From NCBI GenBank assembly GCA_041611095.1, contig JBFINP010000007.1, positions 11,055 through 75,054 on the forward strand: a stretch of 64,000 nucleotides of DNA, in the 5' to 3' direction. The first letter of the stretch is position 1. Each line of letters starts with the position of its first letter. The DNA is from Acidimicrobiia bacterium (GTDB taxonomy: Bacteria; Actinomycetota; Acidimicrobiia; Spongiisociales; UBA5794). The notes under the pieces were generated by a model. That model had not been told where the DNA came from and ran no database searches. It worked only from the letters and a program-made list of their open reading frames with translations. Positions 10,181 through 20,098 of the stretch are shown one piece after another. The position numbers and the translations under genes are program-made.

Positions 10181-10711
10181 ATGCGCGAAACCATGACCCG
10201 CCTGCTGCAGGCCGTCCGCTTCGAGCGCGAGGCCTACGTGTGGATGGATTTCAACGACCGGGCCACGGGCGATGCCCTACTGCTCGTCGCCGCAACGCGC
10301 ATCCTGCTGCTCCTCGGCTTCGGCTTCAGTGTGCTGGGTCTCACCACGAGCCTGTCCGGCATCGAGGTCCTGCTCACGACGCTGATCAACGCCGCCGTCT
10401 TCTGGCTCGTCTACAGCGCCCTGGTACACGCCTCGGCCCGATTCCTGTTCGACGGCGAGGGGTCGTATGCCACGACGTTGCGCATCACCGGGTTCGCCCA
10501 CCCGACGCTGTTGCTGCTGATCGCAACGGCGAACCTCGTCGGCAACGCGCTCCTCGCCCTGATCCTGGGGAGCTTGTGGTTTCTCGTCGTGGTGGCGCAG
10601 GGTGTCCGGCACACGGCCGACCTCCCGATCGAGCGGGCGCTGGCGGCGGCGGCCGCCGGCCTGCTGGGATGGATCATCGTCTCCAGCATCTTCGGTCGGG
10701 GATTGATCTGA
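10181..10711 (+). CDS. Yip1-like integral membrane protein
   Basis: ATG at 10181 preceded by GGAGGAG. About 5 predicted hydrophobic helices. The N-terminal LLQAVRFEREAYVWM is typical of the Yip1/YIF family. Confidence 0.5.
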   Translation: MRETMTRLLQAVRFEREAYVWMDFNDRATGDALLLVAATRILLLLGFGFSVLGLTTSLSGIEVLLTTLINAAVFWLVYSALVHASARFLFDGEGSYATTLRITGFAHPTLLLLIATANLVGNALLALILGSLWFLVVVAQGVRHTADLPIERALAAAAAGLLGWIIVSSIFGRGLI

Positions 10712-10721
10712 CGGGGGCAGG

Positions 10722-11453
10722 GTGCCTGTCTACCGGCTCGACATCGCCTACGACGGCTCCGGCTTCCACGGTTACGCACGTCAGCGTGACGTGCGCACCG
10801 TGCAGGGCGAGCTGGAGGCGGCGCTCGCCCACCACACCGGGCCCGTCGAGACGTTCGTCGCCGGGCGAACCGACAAGGGGGTCCATGCGACGGGCCAGGT
10901 GGCGAGCTTCGAGACGGCGGTACCGCTCGATGCGGTGAGTCTCCAGCGTTCGCTCAACCGGCAGCTCGGTCCCGAGATCTCGGTGACGGCGATCTCGGAG
11001 GCACTCCCCGGGTTCCATGCACGCTTCTCGGCGCAGGGGCGTGCATACGAGTACCGGGTTCTCGACCAGGAGGCACCCGATCCTTTTCTAGCGGCGACCT
11101 CCTGGCACTTCGGCCGGCCCCTCGATGCCACATCGATGGCCGAAGCCGCCACGCACTTCCAGGGTGAACACGACTTCGCCTCGCTGTGCCGGCGGTCAGG
11201 CGATCGCAGCACCGTCCGCCTCGTCCGGTCCGCCGAGTGGGTGCGACCCAGGTCTGGCCTGCTGGTCTTCGAGGTCAGCGCCTCGTCGTTCTGCCACCAG
11301 ATGGTGCGGTCGATGGTGGCGCTCACCGTCGAAGTCGGGCGCGGGAAGCTGTCGCCCACAGCCATCCCCGAGATCCTCGCCGCACGCGATCGGCACGCCG
11401 CCAAAGGGGTCGCGCCGCCGCATGGCCTCATCCTCGTGAGGGTCGACTACTGA
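10722..11453 (+). CDS. truA: tRNA pseudouridine(38-40) synthase
   Basis: [21 protein letters not shown]...[13 protein letters not shown] (catalytic Asp motif). Confidence 0.92.
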   Translation: MPVYRLDIAYDGSGFHGYARQRDVRTVQGELEAALAHHTGPVETFVAGRTDKGVHATGQVASFETAVPLDAVSLQRSLNRQLGPEISVTAISEALPGFHARFSAQGRAYEYRVLDQEAPDPFLAATSWHFGRPLDATSMAEAATHFQGEHDFASLCRRSGDRSTVRLVRSAEWVRPRSGLLVFEVSASSFCHQMVRSMVALTVEVGRGKLSPTAIPEILAARDRHAAKGVAPPHGLILVRVDY

Positions 11454-11503
11454 CCACAGTGGCGATTGGCGGTATGCGCAGGGGCCCGGTACCATGCCGC
11501 CTC

Positions 11504-11533
11504 GCGCCCGGTTCCGGGCCGTTTCTTGTGTTC
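11504..11533 (+). terminator. short hairpin plus T-rich tract between truA and rplM (weak terminator or rplM leader element)
   Basis: GCCCGG TT CCGGGC (11506..11519) followed by CGTTTCTTGTGTT. Confidence 0.25.
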
Positions 11534-11569
11534 GCCCTCGTGCGACCGCCGATCGCAAACGGATCCTCG

Positions 11570-12028
11570 ATGAAGCCCAACTTGCAGAAAACGTACTCGC
11601 CGAAGCCGGCGGACATCGAACGCCGGTGGTTCGTGGTGGACGCCGACGGTGTGACGCTCGGACGCCTCGCGTCGGACATCGCAACGATCCTGCGCGGCAA
11701 GCACAAGCCGACGTTCGCCCCCCACATCGACGGTGGGGACTACGTCGTCGTCGTCAATGCCGAGAAGGTCGCGGTGACCGGCAACAAGGAGGAGGCCAAG
11801 GTCTACTACCGCCACTCGGGCTACCCCGGTGGGCTGAGGGAGATGAACCTCGGCGCCCTGCGCGCCAAGCACCCGGAGCGCATCATCGAGTCCGCCGTGC
11901 GCGGCATGCTGCCGAAGAACAAGCTCGGCCGCAGCATGATCGGCAAGCTCAAGGTCTACGCGGGTCCCGACCACCCCCACGCTGCTCAGCGTCCGGAGCC
12001 GCTCCAGCTCGGAAAGGTGAACGCCTGA
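11570..12028 (+). CDS. rplM: 50S ribosomal protein L13
   Basis: [35 protein letters not shown]...; ATG at 11570. Confidence 0.96.
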   Translation: MKPNLQKTYSPKPADIERRWFVVDADGVTLGRLASDIATILRGKHKPTFAPHIDGGDYVVVVNAEKVAVTGNKEEAKVYYRHSGYPGGLREMNLGALRAKHPERIIESAVRGMLPKNKLGRSMIGKLKVYAGPDHPHAAQRPEPLQLGKVNA

Positions 12029-12420
12029 TGTCGAAACCGCTCGCTCTCGGCACCGGACGCCGCAAGAGCTCTGTTGCCCGTGTGCGCCTGTACAGCGGCA
12101 GCGGCGAGTTCCATCTCAATGGCCGCTCGCTCGAGATCTACTTCCCGCAGCCGGCGCTCCGCCTCCGGGTTCTCGAGCCGTTTCGCACGGTGGAGCTCGA
12201 GGGTCGCTATGACGTCCACGCCACGATCGAAGGTGGTGGGTTCACCGGCCAGACCGATGCCCTTCGACTCGGCATCGCCCGGGCGCTCGTCGCACTCGAT
12301 CCCGAGCTGCGGCCGCCCCTCAAGCGCGAGGGTCTCTTGACGCGCGACGCCCGCCGGGTGGAGCGCAAGAAGTACGGTCTCCGCAAGGCACGGCGGGCTC
12401 CGCAGTTCACCAAGCGGTAA
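12028..12420 (+). CDS. rpsI: 30S ribosomal protein S9
   Basis: ...[14 protein letters not shown]...C-terminal [11 protein letters not shown]. The ATG overlaps the rplM stop (TGATG). Confidence 0.96.
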   Translation: MSKPLALGTGRRKSSVARVRLYSGSGEFHLNGRSLEIYFPQPALRLRVLEPFRTVELEGRYDVHATIEGGGFTGQTDALRLGIARALVALDPELRPPLKREGLLTRDARRVERKKYGLRKARRAPQFTKR

Positions 12421-12439
12421 GCGGTCCGGGATTCCGCTG

Positions 12440-13753
12440 ATGGCGGACCGACTCTTCGGCACGGACGGCATCCGCGGCGTCGCCAACGAGGAACTCACGC
12501 CGCAGCTCGCCTTCGACCTCGCCCGCGCCACCGGTGAGGAGCTCGAGGGATACGTTCTCATCGGGCGAGACACGCGCCGGTCGGGACCCATGCTCTCGGC
12601 GGCACTCCAGGCCGGCTTCAACGCCGTGGGAATGGACACCGTAGACCTCGGGGTCATTCCGGTGGGTGGCGTCAGCCGCCTCACCAACGCCTCGGATGCG
12701 GCTCTCGGCGTCATGGTCAGCGCATCGCACAACCCGGCCCCGGACAACGGCATCAAGCTCATCGCCCACAGCGGCAACAAGCTGCCCGACTCCGTCGAGG
12801 ATGCGATCGAGGCTCGCTACCGCCGAGGCGCTCCCTACCGGGCGCCGATCGGTGCCGCGATCGGCATGGCGCGAACGATGGACGACGCCATCGAGCGCTA
12901 TCTCGATCTCCTCGGCGGCACCTCCACCGGAGATCTCGGCGGTCTCCCCATCGTCCTCGATTGCGCCAACGGAGCAGCGCACCTCGCAGCACCGGCCCTG
13001 TTTCGCAGGCTCGGCGCCGAGGTCGAGGTGAGGGCGGCCGATCCCGACGGGCTGAACATCAACGACGGGTGCGGGGCTACCCATCCCGAGGCGCTGGCGC
13101 CCTTCGTCGCAGGACGGGTCGGGCTCTGCTTCGACGGCGACGCCGACCGTCTGATCGCCATCGATGAGGACGGTGTTCCGGCCAACGGCGACGTGATCAT
13201 GGCGGTCCTCGCCCGCCATCTCAACGAGACGGGCCGGTTGCCCGGCGGCGAGATCGTGGCAACCGTGATGTCGAATCTCGGGTTCAAGCAGGCGATGCGC
13301 AGCATCGGCCTCGTCGTGCATGAGACCCAGGTCGGCGACCGCTACGTGCTCGAGGAGATGCTGCGAACCGGGGCGGCGTTGGGTGGTGAGCAGTCGGGTC
13401 ACATCGTCCTCGAAGATCGCATGAGCGGCGACGGCCTTCGGACGGCACTGCGCCTGCTCGAGGTCATGGTGACCACCGGCGCGGAGTTGCGGGAGCTGCG
13501 GCGAGTGATGACGGAGTTTCCCCAGGTGCTCCAAAACGTGCTCGTGGCGGACAAGTCACAGCTCGCCGGCGCCGACCAGGTTTGGTCGGCCGTTGCCGAT
13601 GCGGAGGCCTCCCTCGGTGAGGATGGGCGCATCCTCGTGCGGGCATCGGGCACGGAGCCCCTCGTCCGCGTGATGGTCGAGGCACCGTCCGCTCGCGTCG
13701 CCGAGGACCTCGCCAACTCGTTGAGCGCCGTCGTCTCCGCCGCACTCGCCTGA
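12440..13753 (+). CDS. glmM: phosphoglucosamine mutase
   Basis: MADRLFGTDGIRGVAN...GVMVSASHNPAPDNGIK (phosphoserine loop). Confidence 0.95.
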   Translation: MADRLFGTDGIRGVANEELTPQLAFDLARATGEELEGYVLIGRDTRRSGPMLSAALQAGFNAVGMDTVDLGVIPVGGVSRLTNASDAALGVMVSASHNPAPDNGIKLIAHSGNKLPDSVEDAIEARYRRGAPYRAPIGAAIGMARTMDDAIERYLDLLGGTSTGDLGGLPIVLDCANGAAHLAAPALFRRLGAEVEVRAADPDGLNINDGCGATHPEALAPFVAGRVGLCFDGDADRLIAIDEDGVPANGDVIMAVLARHLNETGRLPGGEIVATVMSNLGFKQAMRSIGLVVHETQVGDRYVLEEMLRTGAALGGEQSGHIVLEDRMSGDGLRTALRLLEVMVTTGAELRELRRVMTEFPQVLQNVLVADKSQLAGADQVWSAVADAEASLGEDGRILVRASGTEPLVRVMVEAPSARVAEDLANSLSAVVSAALA

Positions 13754-13844
13754 GTACGGCGGGCTGGGTCATTCGGCCCATGGCACAGCTCCGCACCACG
13801 CCTAAGCTGGCCCCGACAATCGATATAGACCGATCGGAGCATGT

Positions 13845-14015
13845 CTCCAAGCGCCTGTCCTCACCAACTGGTGAGGCTACGAGGAAGAGGGATCATCGAG
13901 TAGTCGGCGGGTGCCCTCTCGGCCGCCCACGGTCGTGACGAACGGGAGAAAGCCCGGGGGTGACCCCGGGAACAAAGCCCGAGTCGGCGTGGGAGCGAAC
14001 CGCACGTTCGCTGTC
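13845..14015 (+). ncRNA. glmS ribozyme: glmS ribozyme (GlcN6P-dependent self-cleaving riboswitch)
   Basis: A|GCGCC at 13850/13851, then the P1 hairpin CCUCACC-AACU-GGUGAGG. The core follows: ACGAGGAAGAGGGAUCAUCGAGUAGUCGGCGGGUGCCCUCUCGGCC...GGGGGUGACCCCGGGAACAAAGCCCGAG. This tracks my recollection of the Bacillus glmS core almost block for block (GACGAGGAUGGAGGUUAUCGAAUUUUCGGCGGAUGCCUCCCGGCUG...AAGGGGGUGACUCCUUGAACAAAGAG). It lies directly 5' of glmS. Confidence 0.8.
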
Positions 14016-14052
14016 TGCGCTCCGGTTCCCACCACAGGAGGTTTGCGCGCGC

Positions 14053-15876
14053 ATGTGCGGAATCATGGGCTACGTTGGCCCGCGGCAGGCGGCCCCCCTC
14101 ATCCTCGACGGCCTGCGCCGGCTCGAATACCGCGGGTACGACTCCGCCGGGATCGCCGTCGCCAATGGTGACATCCACGTCCGTAAGGCGGAGGGGAAGA
14201 TCGCCCGGCTCGGTGAGCTCCTCGACGACGACCCGTTGACCGGAACCGTCGGAATCGGGCACACCCGCTGGGCCACCCACGGCAGGCCAAGTGACCTCAA
14301 CGCCCATCCCCACCGTGATCCGTCCGGGCGGTTCGTCGTGGTCCACAACGGGATCATCGAGAACTTCCACGAGCTCCGGGAGCGCCTGAGCGGCGCCGGG
14401 CACGCGTTCGAGTCGGAGACCGACACAGAGATCCTCGCCCACCTCGTCGCCGAGGAATACGAAGGCGACCTCGTGGCGGCGGTGCGCCGAGCGGTGTCGC
14501 ACGCCGACGGCGCCTACGCCCTCGTGGTCATGGCCGCCGCCGAGCCCGGACGAATCGTTGCAGTACGGCGGGTGAGCCCGCTCGTGGTGGGCCTCGGCGA
14601 CGGCGAGACCTTCCTCGCCTCGGACATACCTGCGGTCCTGCAACACACGCGTGACTTCCTCATCGTCGAGGACGGCGAGCTGGTGGTCGTCGATGCCGAG
14701 GGGGCAACGATCGAGCGCATCGACGGCGGGACGGTCGACCGCGCCGTCCTTCACGTCGACTGGGATGCGGAGCAGGCCGAGAAGGGCGGCTACGAGCACT
14801 TCATGGCGAAGGAGATCCACGAGCAGCCGGCCGTGGTGACCGAGACCGTCGCCGGACGCCTCGACGGAGAGGGCGACGTCTTCCTCGAGGACGTCCACTT
14901 CGACGACCAATTCGCCCGCGAAGTGGAACGGCTGTGGATCACCGCGTGCGGTACGGCCCTCCACGCCGGTCTCGTGGGTCGCGAGATCTTCCAGCGTGTG
15001 CTGCGCATCCCGACATCCGTGGAGTACGCCCACGAGATGCGGTACGCAGACCCACTCGTCGCCGCACCGAGCCTGGCGATCGCGATCAGCCAGTCCGGCG
15101 AGACCGCTGATACGCTCGCCGCCGCCCGGCTGGCGCGCGAGCGGGGCGCACGCCTTCTGGCGCTCACCAACGTCGTCGGTTCGACGCTGAGCCGGGAAGC
15201 GGATGACGTCCTGTACACGCGGGCGGGGCCGGAGATCTCTGTGGCCTCCACGAAGGCCTACCTGGCGATGCTCATCGGTCAGTACCTCCTCGCCCTTCGC
15301 ATCGGAAGGGTGCGGGGCGTCGTCGACGCCGACCTCGCCCAGCGGGTCGCTCATGGGCTCCACCTGCTTCCGGGCCAGCTCGAGGCGGTCCTCGAGGCCG
15401 AGAATCGGGCCGCCAAGGCCGCGCAACGGATCGCAGAGGCGCAGGACGTCTACTTCATCGGGCGTGGTCTCGACTATGCCGTGGCGATGGAGGGCTCGCT
15501 GAAGCTCAAGGAGATCAGCTATTTGCACTCCGAGGCGATGCCCGCCGGCGAGCTCAAGCACGGCACGCTGGCCCTCGTCACCGAGGGGACGCCCGTCATC
15601 GTCGTGCTGACCCAGGGCAGGGTGTACGACAAGACGATGTCTGCGGTCCAAGAGGTCAAGGCGAGGGGAGCGACGGTCCTTGCCGTGGCGTACGACGACG
15701 ATGAAACGATCTCCCGCTTCGCCGATGAGGTGTTGCGAATCCCGAGGACGGACGATCTGCTCAGCCCTGCGGCGGCTATCGTGCCCCTCCAGCTGCTGGC
15801 CTATCACGTGGCCAGGCTTCGGGGACACGACATCGACCAGCCCCGGAACCTCGCCAAGTCGGTGACCGTGGAGTGA
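14053..15876 (+). CDS. glmS: glutamine--fructose-6-phosphate aminotransferase (isomerizing)
   Basis: Start at MCGIMGYVG (Cys2 nucleophile; ATG 14053), preceded by AGGAGG. C-terminus ...NLAKSVTVE. Confidence 0.95.
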   Translation: MCGIMGYVGPRQAAPLILDGLRRLEYRGYDSAGIAVANGDIHVRKAEGKIARLGELLDDDPLTGTVGIGHTRWATHGRPSDLNAHPHRDPSGRFVVVHNGIIENFHELRERLSGAGHAFESETDTEILAHLVAEEYEGDLVAAVRRAVSHADGAYALVVMAAAEPGRIVAVRRVSPLVVGLGDGETFLASDIPAVLQHTRDFLIVEDGELVVVDAEGATIERIDGGTVDRAVLHVDWDAEQAEKGGYEHFMAKEIHEQPAVVTETVAGRLDGEGDVFLEDVHFDDQFAREVERLWITACGTALHAGLVGREIFQRVLRIPTSVEYAHEMRYADPLVAAPSLAIAISQSGETADTLAAARLARERGARLLALTNVVGSTLSREADDVLYTRAGPEISVASTKAYLAMLIGQYLLALRIGRVRGVVDADLAQRVAHGLHLLPGQLEAVLEAENRAAKAAQRIAEAQDVYFIGRGLDYAVAMEGSLKLKEISYLHSEAMPAGELKHGTLALVTEGTPVIVVLTQGRVYDKTMSAVQEVKARGATVLAVAYDDDETISRFADEVLRIPRTDDLLSPAAAIVPLQLLAYHVARLRGHDIDQPRNLAKSVTVE

Positions 15877-16092
15877 GCCGGACCGTCGAGCCCGACACCT
15901 GGGATCGGGCCGGGGAGCCGCTGGTGCGAAGCGGGTGGCTCCCCGGTGGGAGCTGGAGAGCCGAGATACGCAGTTGACCGCCTGTAAACGGTTACACTGG
16001 CGTTCACGCAATCGGGCCCTCGATCAGGAACCGAGGACCCGAACACCGGCGTCTCATCCGAGATGTCATTCTCTGCCCATCAAGGAGTCGAC

Positions 16093-16524
16093 ATGACTCA
16101 TCCGAATCACACACTCGTCGTACTCGATCCGTCATCCAACTGGGGTGAGGTTGCGCTCGACGATGCCATGAGCTCCGGCGACGACGCCGTCGTCACGCTG
16201 TTCACCGTGCTGAGCGGCCCGGCGGCCTTCGCTCTCGCCGAGTACGCGGCCGATGCCGGCGTTTCCATCGGCGAAGCCGGCGACGTCTACCTCGAGCAGG
16301 TGGGAGAGCGAGTCGCGTCTCGCGGCACCACCGTCGCCGGCGAGATCACCGCCGACGGCGACGTCGCCGCAGCGATCGCGACGGCCGCCACCGAGGCGGG
16401 AGCCGCTTTGGTCGCCATCCCCGCCGGCAACCGGATCGTCGACGAGCACCACCTCGGCGAGGTCCTGGCAGCGGCCGGCATTGCGCTGCGGATCGTCCCC
16501 GTCGGAAGCATGTCCGCCGCCTGA
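16093..16524 (+). CDS. small hypothetical protein, possibly with a universal-stress-protein-like fold
   Basis: ATG at 16093 with AAGGAG 5 nt upstream. HTLVVLDPSS...ALVAIPAGNRIVDEHHLGEVL resembles a degenerate USP/adenine-nucleotide alpha-hydrolase layout. Confidence 0.35.
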   Translation: MTHPNHTLVVLDPSSNWGEVALDDAMSSGDDAVVTLFTVLSGPAAFALAEYAADAGVSIGEAGDVYLEQVGERVASRGTTVAGEITADGDVAAAIATAATEAGAALVAIPAGNRIVDEHHLGEVLAAAGIALRIVPVGSMSAA

Positions 16525-16533
16525 CGGAGCCGA

Positions 16534-17097
16534 GTGGGCTTCACACGCCAAGAGCTGGAGTCGTTTCGGGACGCCTCGGTGCCCGACCTCGTCGGGCCCG
16601 GGGTGCGCCTGCTCTTCGTCGGCATCAATCCCGGGCTGTGGACTGCGGCGACGCAGACGCACTTCGCACACCCCGGCAACCGCTTCTACCCGGCACTCGA
16701 GCGCGCCGGGATCATCGAGCGCACCATCGACCGCAAGGGCGGCTTCACCGACGAGGACCGGCGGCACCTGATCGCCCGCGGCGTCGGCATCACCAATCTC
16801 GTCAACCGGGCGACGGTACGCGCCGGGGAGTTGAGCCGCACCGAGCTGCGCGACGGTGCCGACCGGCTGCGCCGCTTCGTGGCGATGGCCCGCCCCGCGG
16901 TCGTGGCGATTGCCGGGATCACCGCCTATCGCACGGCCTTCGGGCTACCCAAGGCGAAGAGCGGCCCGCAGCCGGACGGCATCGCAGGAGCGGAGCTGTG
17001 GGTCGTGCCGAATCCGAGCGGTCTCAACGCCCACGAGACGATCGAGACCCTCGCCGACTGGTACCGCAGAGTGGGGGAGCGAGCCGGCGTCGTTTGA
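16534..17097 (+). CDS. mug: G/U mismatch-specific (Mug/TDG family, UDG family 2) DNA glycosylase
   Basis: LLFVGINPGLWTA...and VVPNPSGLNAH motifs. Confidence 0.8.
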   Translation: MGFTRQELESFRDASVPDLVGPGVRLLFVGINPGLWTAATQTHFAHPGNRFYPALERAGIIERTIDRKGGFTDEDRRHLIARGVGITNLVNRATVRAGELSRTELRDGADRLRRFVAMARPAVVAIAGITAYRTAFGLPKAKSGPQPDGIAGAELWVVPNPSGLNAHETIETLADWYRRVGERAGVV

Positions 17098-17147
17098 CAG
17101 CCGTGGTCCGTGGAGCCGATCGGTGCCGTCGGGCTACTGTCCGTGCC

Positions 17148-17525
17148 GTGGAGATCATCGGGCTCGGTGTCGACCTCGCAGAGATCGACCGCGTACGCCA
17201 TCTGCTTCGCAACTACGGCGATCGCTTCAAGGACCGCTGCTTCACGGACCACGAATGGGCCTATGCCCACCGCTACGTCGATCCCTCCGCCCGCCTCGCC
17301 GCCAGATTCGCCGGCAAGGAGGCGGTGATGAAGAGCTTGGGTGCCGGCTGGCGCCGCATCCACTGGAAGGACGTGGAGATCACGGGTGGAGGAGCTCCGC
17401 AAGTCAACCTCTCCGGAACGGCGCAGCGCCGGGCCGACATGATCGGGGTGACCAAGGTGCTCGTGACCATCACCCACACCGGCGACCGCGCGCTCGTCTT
17501 TGCCATGTCGCTCGGGGACGGGTGA
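17148..17525 (+). CDS. acpS: holo-[acyl-carrier-protein] synthase
   Basis: GTG at 17148: VEIIGLGVDLAEIDRV...FAGKEAVMKSLG...; about 125 aa. Confidence 0.85.
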   Translation: MEIIGLGVDLAEIDRVRHLLRNYGDRFKDRCFTDHEWAYAHRYVDPSARLAARFAGKEAVMKSLGAGWRRIHWKDVEITGGGAPQVNLSGTAQRRADMIGVTKVLVTITHTGDRALVFAMSLGDG

Positions 17526-17576
17526 GGTGGCGGGCGGCTCGGTAGCATCCGGCGCCATGGCGACCGCACACCCCCT

Positions 17577-18992
17577 ATGAGACCCGTCATCAGCCCCGCA
17601 GAGCTCTCCCGGCTCGATGCCGAGGCCGCCGACCGCATCGACGACCTCATGGATCGGGCCGGGTACGGCGTGGCGCTCGCCGCCGTCGAGATGGGCGCCG
17701 CCTACGGCAAGCGAGTGCTCGTGCTCGCCGGCAAGGGCAACAACGGAGGCGACGGCTTCGTGGCGGCTCGGTATCTGAGACGGCGCGGGATCACGGTCGG
17801 TGTCCTCGCCCTCGGTGCACCGGCGGCGGGAAGCGCCGCCGAGCGGGCGTGGCGAGCAGCAGAGGCCGAGGGCATCACGATCGCGTCGTGGTCATCCGAG
17901 CCCCAACCGGCAGACCTGATCATCGATGCGCTGTTCGGCGCCGGCTTCTCGGGGACCATCCCACCGGAGGTCGAGCCGTGGCTGAGCCACCCGGCGCCGG
18001 TGCTCGCCGTCGATCTCCCCACCGGTCTCGACGGGACGACCGGCCACGTCGCCGGATCGGCGTTCCGTGCCATGCGGACGGTCACCTTCCACGCGCTCAA
18101 GCCGGGACACGTCCTCGGCCATGGACCGGACCTCTGTGGTCGGATCACGGTCGTCGACATCGGCCTGGAGGGTGGAACCCCGGAGTTCTTCGTCTGCGAG
18201 GCCCCCGATGCGCCGCGCCCCCGGCGGGAACGCACCGCACACAAGTGGTCCGCAGGCTCGGTGGTCGTGGTCGGCGGCTCGCCTGGCATGACCGGAGCAC
18301 CGCTCCTGACGGCGGAGGCGGCGCTGCGCGCCGGCGCAGGTGCGGTGACCCTCATGTGTCCCGCCAAGTTGCAGCCGATCTACGCGGCGCAGTCGCCCGG
18401 CTTGCTCACCAGGGGTATCGGGACCGAGTCGCGGTTCTCGGCCACCAACGTCGACGAGGTGCTCGGCGCCGCCGGCCGGTTCGACGTGATGGTCGTCGGG
18501 CCCGGCCTCGGCACCGATGTCGGCGGCTTCGCCACGCAGCTCGTTCTGCGATGGCCCGGCAAGTTGCTGGTGGATGCGGACGGGCTCAACGATCTCCAGG
18601 ATCTCGGCGCGGTCACCGCACGCCAGTCGCCGGCGATCCTCACGCCCCACGCCGGTGAGTTCGGGCGGCTCACCGGCGACGTCCCTGGCTACCCGGCCGC
18701 GGTGACGGCTGCGGAGAAGACCCGCAAGATCATGCTGCTCAAGGGCAATCCGACGTTCGTGATCGGCAAGCAGCGATGGGTGGTCACGACCGGAGGTCCG
18801 GAGCTCGCCACCATCGGCACCGGGGATGTGCTCGGCGGGTTCATCGCCGCCCTATGGGCACGCGGACTCGAAGCCGAGGTCGCCGCGCGATCCGGGGCCT
18901 ACTGGCACGGTGTCGCCGGCGCCGACATCGCTCGCAGCGGCACCGTGACGGCGGCTCGTCTCGTTGGGGCGGTCGGGAGGTACGCCTGGTGA
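17577..18992 (+). CDS. nnr: bifunctional NAD(P)H-hydrate epimerase / ADP-dependent dehydratase
   Basis: N-terminal YjeF_N (VLVLAGKGNNGGDGFVAARYL) and a C-terminal carbohydrate-kinase-like domain (GSPGMTGAPLL...GTGDVLGG). Confidence 0.9.
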   Translation: MRPVISPAELSRLDAEAADRIDDLMDRAGYGVALAAVEMGAAYGKRVLVLAGKGNNGGDGFVAARYLRRRGITVGVLALGAPAAGSAAERAWRAAEAEGITIASWSSEPQPADLIIDALFGAGFSGTIPPEVEPWLSHPAPVLAVDLPTGLDGTTGHVAGSAFRAMRTVTFHALKPGHVLGHGPDLCGRITVVDIGLEGGTPEFFVCEAPDAPRPRRERTAHKWSAGSVVVVGGSPGMTGAPLLTAEAALRAGAGAVTLMCPAKLQPIYAAQSPGLLTRGIGTESRFSATNVDEVLGAAGRFDVMVVGPGLGTDVGGFATQLVLRWPGKLLVDADGLNDLQDLGAVTARQSPAILTPHAGEFGRLTGDVPGYPAAVTAAEKTRKIMLLKGNPTFVIGKQRWVVTTGGPELATIGTGDVLGGFIAALWARGLEAEVAARSGAYWHGVAGADIARSGTVTAARLVGAVGRYAW

Positions 18993-20098
18993 GACCCACA
19001 TGGGTCGAAGTTGATCTCGACGCGATCCGGCACAACGTTGCAGCCATCCGCTCAACGATCGGCCCGGTGCGACTCTGCGCCGTCGTCAAGGCCGACGGTT
19101 ACGGCCACGGCGACGTCCCGATCGCCGAGACCGTGCTCGACGCGGGTGCAGATCAGCTGGCGGTGGCGCTCGTCGAAGAGGGCATCAGGCTGCGGGACGC
19201 CGGGATTCGTGCCCCCATCCTCGTTCTCTCGGAGCCGCCGGTCGGGGACGTGGATGCGCTGGTGCGGTGGCGGCTCACCCCGACCGTGTACACCGCCCGC
19301 CTACTCGACCGCCTGTCCGAGCTGGCCGCTGCCGACCCCGTTGCGGTCCATGTCAAGGTGGACACGGGGATGCATCGAGTCGGCGCCGATCTCGACGACG
19401 CCGTGGCGCTGGCCACCCGGATCCACACCGACCCAACTCTTGAACTGGGCGGCATGTGGACCCACTTTGCGGTCGCCGATGAAGACCCGGAGTTCACGGC
19501 GATCCAGATCCAACGATTCGAAGGGGTGCTCGAGCGGCTGCGGGCCGCCGGTATCGAGTCCGGTGTCCGCCATGCCGGCAACACCGCCGGTGCTCTGGCG
19601 TTTCCGGAGGCCCGCTACGACATGGTCCGTGTGGGACTCGGCCTGTATGGCATGCACCCTGCGCCCGGCATCGGCGCCGACGTGGATCTGCATCCGGCGA
19701 TGCGAGTCGTGTCGCACGTCGCCCATCTTCGATCGCACCCAGCCGGCACTCGCCCCTCCTACGGACGGCGACGCCCTCTGCCGGAAGCAGGCTTCGTGGC
19801 GACCATACCCGTCGGCTACGCCGATGGCGTGGCGAGGCGGCTGTCCGCAGTGGGTGGCGAAGTACTGATCGGGGGTGAGCGCTACCCATTCGCCGGAACG
19901 GTCACGATGGACCAGGTGGTGGTCGACGTCGGCGCCGCCGACATCACCTTGGGCGACGAGGTCGTCCTTTTGGGAAGGCAAGCCGGCGGGGCCGTGCCTG
20001 CCGAGGAGTGGGCCGAGCGGCTCGACACGATCAACTACGAGATCGTCTGCCGTTTCGGGGCGAGGATGCCCCGCCGCTACCTAGGGGTGGTCGCATGA
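18989..20098 (+). CDS. alr: alanine racemase
   Basis: GTG at 18989 overlaps the nnr stop (GTGA). VRPTWVEVDLDAIRHN...AVVKADGYGHG (PLP lysine). Confidence 0.92.
   Translation: MRPTWVEVDLDAIRHNVAAIRSTIGPVRLCAVVKADGYGHGDVPIAETVLDAGADQLAVALVEEGIRLRDAGIRAPILVLSEPPVGDVDALVRWRLTPTVYTARLLDRLSELAAADPVAVHVKVDTGMHRVGADLDDAVALATRIHTDPTLELGGMWTHFAVADEDPEFTAIQIQRFEGVLERLRAAGIESGVRHAGNTAGALAFPEARYDMVRVGLGLYGMHPAPGIGADVDLHPAMRVVSHVAHLRSHPAGTRPSYGRRRPLPEAGFVATIPVGYADGVARRLSAVGGEVLIGGERYPFAGTVTMDQVVVDVGAADITLGDEVVLLGRQAGGAVPAEEWAERLDTINYEIVCRFGARMPRRYLGVVA

Noticed and set aside
13861-16011. 716-aa ORF on the minus strand
   Set aside because: It is exactly antisense to glmS, which has unmistakable motifs. Its translation is Arg/Gly/Pro/Asp-rich low-complexity sequence, typical of stop-free antisense frames in very GC-rich DNA.
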